A stretch of DNA of 63,083 nt, the filler included. It is 3 parts of 3 records of this genome, joined end to end, with 100 filler letters (N's around TTAATTAATTAA, not from the genome) between each part and the next. Parts side by side here need not be neighbours in the genome. Positions count along the whole stretch, not along the records: positions 53,934 to 63,083 come from DRR723986_14781; 2 more parts are not named here. One strand, written 5' to 3'. How positions within the stretch are numbered: position 1 is the first letter of the stretch; every line of letters begins with the position of its first letter. Made by a program: the position numbers and the translations under genes. Positions 56,964 through 63,083 of the stretch are shown in pieces. The notes beneath the pieces were generated by a model that did no database searches, was not told the origin of the DNA, and saw only the letters and a program-made list of their open reading frames with translations.

Positions 56964-57833
56964 ATGACAGTGGCGGAACAGAAACTCCTTGATCTTTTGG
57001 ACATCGAGCAACTTGAGGTCGATCTGTTCCGCGGACAAGGGTCGGGTGGGGAAACACCTACCCGGATCTATGGCGGACAAGTTATTGCACAGGCATTGGC
57101 TGCCGCGTATCACACGGTGCCTGATCGCTTGTGTCACTCACTGCATGCCTATTTCATTCGGCCGGGTGATCCATCAATTCCGGTGATCTATTCGGTCGAT
57201 CGTGCGCGAGACGGCGGTTCATTTACCACCCGGCGGGTGGTTGCGATCCAGCATGGAAAACAGATTTTGAACCTGTCTGCGTCGTTTCACATCGAAGACA
57301 ATGGGTGGGATCATCAACATTCGATGCCTCCAGTTGCTGAACCTGACGCCCATGCAACACGTGAAACGGTCCGGGATCGATACCTTGATCGCATTCCAGA
57401 AAAGTACAAATCAGAATTTTTGCGGCAACGCCCAATTGAGATACGAGAAGTTGACCCGCTTGATCTGTTCGATCCAAAGCCCAGCGACGACGCGCATAGC
57501 CTTTGGTTTCGCATGGCGGCCGCAGCTGGCAAAGATCCGAAGTTGCAACATATTTTGTTGGCTTATGCCTCGGATATGGCTCTGCTCAGCTCCGGCCTGC
57601 GCCCCCACGGGCTAAGTTGGTTTACCCAACAAGTGAACGGTGCGAGTCTGGACCATACAATGTGGTTTCATGCGCCGATCGCGTTTAATGATTGGCACCT
57701 TTACACGATGGATTCCCCTTGGACGGGGCGCGGTCGAAGTTTCAATCGGGGTTCAATTTATTCTCAAGACGGCACATTGGTCGCAAGCGTGGCGCAAGAG
57801 GGGCTCATGCGTCCGCAAAAGCCCCGCAGCTGA
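56964..57833 (+). CDS. tesB: Acyl-CoA thioesterase II
   Basis: YGGQVIAQAL, HSLHAYF, RDGGSFTTRRV, AYASD, SLDHTMWFH and QEGL motifs. Confidence 0.92.
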   Translation: MTVAEQKLLDLLDIEQLEVDLFRGQGSGGETPTRIYGGQVIAQALAAAYHTVPDRLCHSLHAYFIRPGDPSIPVIYSVDRARDGGSFTTRRVVAIQHGKQILNLSASFHIEDNGWDHQHSMPPVAEPDAHATRETVRDRYLDRIPEKYKSEFLRQRPIEIREVDPLDLFDPKPSDDAHSLWFRMAAAAGKDPKLQHILLAYASDMALLSSGLRPHGLSWFTQQVNGASLDHTMWFHAPIAFNDWHLYTMDSPWTGRGRSFNRGSIYSQDGTLVASVAQEGLMRPQKPRS

Positions 57834-58604
57834 TTAAAGCGTACCGCCAAATTGGCGATTCAGCTTGCGCATCCCGCCAAGCCAACGATCGTAATCGGCT
57901 GTTTTCATGCGCATATAATCCAAAACTTGGGGATGCGGCAACACAAGGAAACGCCCATCCCGAATGGCATCGACACAGGCTTGTGCAACAGGTTCCGGCT
58001 CAAGCATTCCATCCAATGCGGCGACTGACTCTTCATGGCCTCGTGTCATCTCAGAGCGAACCGCCTGAGGGCATAGGACGGAAACACCGATCCCATCATC
58101 AGCATGTGTCATTGCCAACCATTCAGCAAGACCTACGGCGGCATGTTTGGTCACGCCATACGGCGCTGCACCCACCTGGTTTAACAATCCAGCCGCCGAT
58201 GCCGTATTCAACAAGTATCCACCGCCACGAGCTGTCATCAACGGCACAACATGACGCGCCGCCCAAACGTGAGACATGACATTGATGTCCCAGATGCGCT
58301 GCCAATCCTCATTTGGGGCTTCAACCCCACCGGTGGTCAAAATTCCAGCGTTTGAACAAAACAGGTCAATCGGGCCAATTTCAGCCTCGACATGATCAAT
58401 CAGGTTTTTGATTTCCGCTTCGATTCCAACATTGACGGCGAAACCAACACCGCCAATTCCTTCGGCGCAGGCCATCGCGCCGTCCGCGTTGAGATCCGCA
58501 CAGACAACACATTTAGCTCCTTCTTGCGCAAACTTCTCAGCCAGCGCTTTGCCGATGCCACTTGCGGCGCCTGTGACAACAACGATCTTATCTTTTATTT
58601 CCAT
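57834..58604 (-). CDS. SDR family oxidoreductase
   Basis: TGAASGIG, SNAG and YGVTK catalytic motif. Confidence 0.92.
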   Translation of the reverse strand: MEIKDKIVVVTGAASGIGKALAEKFAQEGAKCVVCADLNADGAMACAEGIGGVGFAVNVGIEAEIKNLIDHVEAEIGPIDLFCSNAGILTTGGVEAPNEDWQRIWDINVMSHVWAARHVVPLMTARGGGYLLNTASAAGLLNQVGAAPYGVTKHAAVGLAEWLAMTHADDGIGVSVLCPQAVRSEMTRGHEESVAALDGMLEPEPVAQACVDAIRDGRFLVLPHPQVLDYMRMKTADYDRWLGGMRKLNRQFGGTL

Positions 58605-58613
58605 TTCAGTTCC

Positions 58614-59378
58614 TTACGTCCACATGTTCGACCCGCCACAGACGGTCAACGCCTGTCCGGTCATATATCGACTGGCATCCGAGGCCAGAAAAACGGCCAC
58701 TCCGGCCAAATCATCGGGGTCACCTAAGCGGCGCATTGGAATGTCATTCTTGATGCGCTTTTCGACCTCAGGATTTTCCCAAAGCGCGCGTGCAAAATCA
58801 GTGCGGATCAAGCCGGGACATATTGCATTGCACCGGACACCGGATGGCCCAAATTCAGCGGCAAGATTTCGCACCAGTCCGATGAGCGCCAGTTTGGACA
58901 TCCCATAGGTGCCTAACGTTTCCGAGGCCTTAAACGCGCCGATTGACGCCGTGAACATCATTGATCCACGTTGGCGGGAAATCATGTCCGGGGCAGCCAA
59001 TTGCGCCAGCCAGAGGTTCGCCTGAACATTGCTTGCCATTGTCTTTTCATAAGCATCGTCAGGGATCTGTGACGTCGGGCCATAATAGGGGTTCACACCC
59101 GCATTGCCGATAACAATGTCCACCGGCCCCGCGCGCTGATGCGTTTCGGTTATAAGGTTGGCCAGGTCCTCTTTTACCCCGGCATTACAGGCGATTGGGA
59201 TCGCGCGTTCCGTGCCAACAGACTGATTAATTTGCTCAGCGGCCTTATCCAGTGTGGATTGAGTTCGGGCAGAGATGACAACCTTTGCGCCATGCTGCGC
59301 AAGGCCCTGCGCCATGGCCAATCCCATGCCTTTGGATGCACCCGTTAAAACTGCAATCCGTCCTGTTAGGTCAAACAT
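58614..59378 (-). CDS. SDR family oxidoreductase
   Basis: TGASKGMG, NAG, YGMSK and NAICPG motifs. Confidence 0.92.
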   Translation of the reverse strand: MFDLTGRIAVLTGASKGMGLAMAQGLAQHGAKVVISARTQSTLDKAAEQINQSVGTERAIPIACNAGVKEDLANLITETHQRAGPVDIVIGNAGVNPYYGPTSQIPDDAYEKTMASNVQANLWLAQLAAPDMISRQRGSMMFTASIGAFKASETLGTYGMSKLALIGLVRNLAAEFGPSGVRCNAICPGLIRTDFARALWENPEVEKRIKNDIPMRRLGDPDDLAGVAVFLASDASRYMTGQALTVCGGSNMWT

Positions 59379-61074
59379 TTTGTGTCCCACTTATGTGGGA
59401 AGCCAAACATGCCGCGCGGATAGTACGGCGATCTATCTTATCTGTGGCACCACGGGGCAGGGGGTCATCTTGCACCCACAAATGCTCTGGGATTTTGAAG
59501 CGAGCGATATGATTGGACAAATATTCATATATTTCGGTTAGGGTTACTTTGCTTCCTTGAGACACCTGCAAAGACGCACCGACGACTTCGCCCAAACGAT
59601 CATGTGGAACCGAAAAAGCACAGGCCTCCAGAACGTCTGGATGCTGATGGAGTGCACCTTCGACATCCAGACAGGCGATGTTTTCACCACCGCGTATAAT
59701 GATGTTCTTTTTGCGATCAACGATTGTGATAATCCCAGCCTCATCAATCCGCGCAAGATCGCCAGTATGCAACCAACCGTCGCGCAGTGTTTGCAACGTT
59801 TCCTCGGGTTTGTTCAGATAGCACCGCATGTTGGTGACGCTTTTGACAACCATTTCGCCAACCTGACCGTCAGGCACCTCGTTCCTGTCGTCATCTAGAA
59901 ACTTTACGTCCTGAAGCGGTGGATATAGCCGACCCGTTGCGTCCGGGTTGTCGATATATTCTTGACCCGCCAGACCAATTCCCAAAGCGTTGGTTTCAGT
60001 CATTCCCCAGCCAGTTCCAATTTCAGATTGAGGGAACATATCTGCCAGTTCTTGTACCTGAGAGGCTGGTCTTTTGGCGCCTCCGGACAGAACGGATTTC
60101 AATGTTTTCAATTGATTGCCGCGGGATGCTAGCCTTAGATCCGCCGATTGCGTAGGAACGCCAACAAAGCGCGTGACATCTTCCTTTTCAATTAGGCTGA
60201 CGGCTGTTTCTGCATTCCATTTGTCCATAAGCACGACTTTTGCACCTGCAGGCAAGCTGAGTAAAAAGCCCGGATGTGAGGCCGTGACATGGAACAACGG
60301 AGTGGTGATGAGCGTCACAGGTCGCGGTGCTGGTGCAGCACCGTCTTCAGGGGGGGTAATCAGCGGTGCGATCACTGCTTGCAACAGCCAGCTGAACACC
60401 GCATTGACTGCACCACGATGGGTCAGCGCCACGCCTTTTGGGGCACTTGTTGTCCCAGAAGAGTAAATAATCGCATAATCACTGTCAGGATCGATTGGCA
60501 TGTCGGGCCATGATACATCTGCATCCGGCGTTAACATTTCGTGATAGTGCTGTGTCGTGCGGGCGCCCCGGATCCCAACCAATGTCAAATTGCGTCGAGA
60601 AATCAAAGGCTCAAGGCGTTCAGCTCGCGTAGTATCCGCAAAAATTAGTGTCGCACCTGTATCTGCGAGCGCATAGTCCAGCTCTTCGGTTGTCCACCAG
60701 GCATTCAACAGGACAGCAACAGCACCTATCGACCCAATCGCCATCTTCAAGATCAGAAATTCGGGGCAGTTCTGCATTGCTATAGCAACGCGATCGCCTG
60801 ATCCGACTCCGAACTCTTCGCTAAGATTCTGCGCTACACATTTGATATCATGACAAAACTCATCATATGCCCACCGTTCGTTTCCGAAAACTAGGTAATC
60901 TGCCGAACCTTCGCCTTGTGGAGCTCGGCTGGCTTGTAGCAATGCGCGCAGATCAGAAGGGATGTTTTTAAAAACACGGTAGGTCACGCCATCAACGGAT
61001 TGCTTATCCGTTTCAAACATTGGATCGGTTTCAAGAACCTGCGCTACGGCGCTGTTCACTGAAAGGGCTGTCAT
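59371..61074 (-). CDS. Class I adenylate-forming enzyme (long-chain acyl-CoA synthetase-like)
   Basis: YSSGTTSAPKG, GWGMTE, WLHTGD and IIRGGENI motifs. Confidence 0.92.
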   Translation of the reverse strand: MTALSVNSAVAQVLETDPMFETDKQSVDGVTYRVFKNIPSDLRALLQASRAPQGEGSADYLVFGNERWAYDEFCHDIKCVAQNLSEEFGVGSGDRVAIAMQNCPEFLILKMAIGSIGAVAVLLNAWWTTEELDYALADTGATLIFADTTRAERLEPLISRRNLTLVGIRGARTTQHYHEMLTPDADVSWPDMPIDPDSDYAIIYSSGTTSAPKGVALTHRGAVNAVFSWLLQAVIAPLITPPEDGAAPAPRPVTLITTPLFHVTASHPGFLLSLPAGAKVVLMDKWNAETAVSLIEKEDVTRFVGVPTQSADLRLASRGNQLKTLKSVLSGGAKRPASQVQELADMFPQSEIGTGWGMTETNALGIGLAGQEYIDNPDATGRLYPPLQDVKFLDDDRNEVPDGQVGEMVVKSVTNMRCYLNKPEETLQTLRDGWLHTGDLARIDEAGIITIVDRKKNIIIRGGENIACLDVEGALHQHPDVLEACAFSVPHDRLGEVVGASLQVSQGSKVTLTEIYEYLSNHIARFKIPEHLWVQDDPLPRGATDKIDRRTIRAACLASHISGTQNV

Positions 61075-61368
61075 TCTAACAGCTCTTTGAAATCCAAATG
61101 TGGAGTTGTTGCAGTAATAACAGTCATGACACGTTCTCCCCAGACGTGGTGATCCCGAAAACAAGCGGACCGTTTCTGTTTCAAAGCGTAGTCATCAAAG
61201 CATATTCTGCCAATACTGCTGATCCAAGTGACGTTGGGCCACATTGTGGTATGTAATATTTTACATAATCATGATTATACGAAGAGTGAATGTGGTTTAA
61301 GCACAGTTGAAACTAGGAAGCGACTTTTCCTCTATCCTACTGGAAAATATGGGTAGCAGTTCAAAAAA

Positions 61369-61700
61369 CTTGCTGAGCTAAATCTAACTGATCTGCGCAC
61401 GATCAAAGATCTTTTGCATAGAACGGTCAAAGTGACTGAGATCGCACGACAGATAAACCGTCATCGAGCAACCGTGTACCGTGAGAGTAAGCGCAGCGTT
61501 TTCAAGGATGAAGAGCACCAGCTAAATGGCTAGTCTCGAATATTGGCGCTGAAGTCGGCAACCGAACGGCGTGTACGGCGGCGCAAACTGGTGCGAATAC
61601 CTAAGCTCCGAGAGGCCGTGATTGATCGGCTCCAAGAAGGTTTGTCTCCTGAACAAATTTCTGGTCATCTAAAACTTGAAGGTCACGCAAAAGTCACCTC
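61369..61700 (+). pseudogene. IS30-family transposase N-terminal remnant
   Basis: Reads LAELNLTDLRTIKDLL..EIARQINRHRATVYRE.KR (HTH), an in-frame TAG, then RRRKLVRIPKLREAVIDRLQEGLSPEQISGHL; no DDE domain follows. Confidence 0.8.
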
Positions 61701-61710
61701 TCTTCAGCAG

Positions 61711-62829
61711 TCACGTATGGGGTTTATAGCGAAGCTTCAGAAAATATGACTCATAAAACCGAAAACTCAATTCAGCGATGAAAATGGAAATAGCACTGTA
61801 AACAAGGAAGATCAGCCAACCTTCTTGCGTGCCAAGTTTGGCTAACCCGATGGTGGCAATGTGCAATCCGATCAAGTGGTACAGGTAAACTCCATAGCTT
61901 ACCTCTCCTACACGGATAAACGGAGGCCATTCAAAAACGGAACGCAGATGGTGGTCTTCGCGGATCACAATGCTGGCCAGACAGCACGCCATTGTTAGAT
62001 GCAAAATAAGGTTTGGCCACCCTGTCATATCCTCTGGCAAGGTTTGGATAAGGATAATCAGTATACTAAACATCACTGGGCTCGACCATTTGGAGCCGAA
62101 TACAAGTGCCAGACGCCAAAAATATTCGTGTTTATGCAATAAAACTGCCAACCCAGATCCAATGAGAATCGGAGCGTAAGTTGCTGTAAACATTTTGAAA
62201 ACCAATGGGTGAAATTCCAAAGGTTGAATTCCAACCAGACGCAATGTCCCAGTTACCGCAACAAGGTTGAGTGCAATTAACCCAATAAGAACTGGCAAAA
62301 TGGCGCGGCGTGGAACCAACAACAAGAGCATTGGCCAGACCAAATAGTACTGCTCTTCCACTGACAATGACCAAGTCGGTGCCAACATGGGAATATCCTC
62401 GACTAGAAAATTGGATAGGAAGAGATAGTAATAGGGAACCAACTCAAGGAATTCACTCATCCCCTTGATACCAATGTAATAAAACGAGATTGCAGATACG
62501 ACCAGAAAGTAAACCGGGACGATGCGCAAGATCCTACGCCAGTAGAACCCCTTAAGCGAAAACCGCCCCGCGCGTGCCTCTTCACGCAGTAGTAAAGTCG
62601 TTATCAAGAAGCCGCTGAGAACAAAGAAAAAATCTACCCCCAGAAAACCGCGGGTCAAGGCCTTTGGCGGGTCAGAGAGCTGTGTCCAGATTGGCGCGTG
62701 ATGCCACAACACAGCAAAAATGCAAAAGAACCTGAGGCCGTTAAGACTGCCGAAAAACCGCACCTTAAGATACTGATCATGATCAGGGTAAGATGACGTT
62801 CGCGCTTGGCTGATTGTATCACTTGTCAC
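61711..62829 (-). CDS. Acyltransferase family 3 (OafA-like) membrane protein
   Basis: LNGLR, GVDFFFVLSGFLI, RRILRIVP, WSLSVEEQYY and SYGVYLYH motifs. Confidence 0.92.
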   Translation of the reverse strand: MTSDTISQARTSSYPDHDQYLKVRFFGSLNGLRFFCIFAVLWHHAPIWTQLSDPPKALTRGFLGVDFFFVLSGFLITTLLLREEARAGRFSLKGFYWRRILRIVPVYFLVVSAISFYYIGIKGMSEFLELVPYYYLFLSNFLVEDIPMLAPTWSLSVEEQYYLVWPMLLLLVPRRAILPVLIGLIALNLVAVTGTLRLVGIQPLEFHPLVFKMFTATYAPILIGSGLAVLLHKHEYFWRLALVFGSKWSSPVMFSILIILIQTLPEDMTGWPNLILHLTMACCLASIVIREDHHLRSVFEWPPFIRVGEVSYGVYLYHLIGLHIATIGLAKLGTQEGWLIFLVYSAISIFIAELSFRFYESYFLKLRYKPHT

Positions 62830-63009
62830 AGTTCGTGTTTCATCCTGCCCGGTCTGGTGACGCCATCATTAATTGAAGCGCTGAGCCTATGCTATGGCGT
62901 TGTTATGCCCGGTGTCATCTCCCCAACCCAATAAGGTGTTATTTTTGCTTGTAGATGTGGTGCAATGGCCTTGTAACCCCGTCTGCAACTCTGTAACACA
63001 CATCGTGTT

Positions 63010-63083
63010 GCGGGTATGGTGTAGTGGTAGCGCGCCGGCTTCCCAAGCCTGAAGTGCGGGTTCGATTCCCGCTACCCGCTCCA
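63010..63083 (+). tRNA. tRNA-Gly (CCC)
   Basis: GCGGGTA/TACCCGC acceptor stem, anticodon loop TTCCCAA, T-arm GCGGG-TTCGATT-CCCGC, encoded CCA; one mismatch in the anticodon stem. Confidence 0.95.

Overview
The window is three unrelated-looking alphaproteobacterial-type fragments joined by artificial 100-nt linkers (N44-TTAATTAATTAA-N44 at 31532-31631 and 53834-53933); nothing should be inferred across those gaps. Fragment 1 (1-31531, GC-rich, accessory-like) opens with a CRISPR adaptation module (RT-Cas1 fusion, cas2, cas6), preceded by an AT-rich leader and a probable truncated CRISPR repeat at the window edge. It continues with a DUF4403 operon, an isolated tRNA 3'-end copy (att-like site at about 7722-7749), two LysR modules, a single-module FAAL-ACP-C-A-PCP-TE NRPS cluster with two methyltransferases and a cNMP-patatin, and a permease-fused hybrid histidine kinase plus response regulator divergent from a truncated urea-type ABC binding protein. 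Fragment 2 (31632-53833, lower GC) holds a nucleoside/nucleic-acid utilisation locus: PNP, PRTase, upp, BMP-ABC transporter, cdd, deoA, deoB, secreted S1/P1 nuclease, Oar-like TonB-dependent receptor and a RutR-like regulator, with three RutR-type operator palindromes. Fragment 3 (53934-63083) has acyl-CoA/ester catabolic genes, an IS30 remnant, an acyltransferase and tRNA-Gly(CCC). Best candidates for new biology are the island-borne RT-Cas1 module, the NRPS/carboxyl-methyltransferase lipoamino-acid cluster, the RutR-controlled nucleic-acid foraging locus and the transporter-kinase 'transceptor'. All family calls come from motif recognition by eye; no searches were run.
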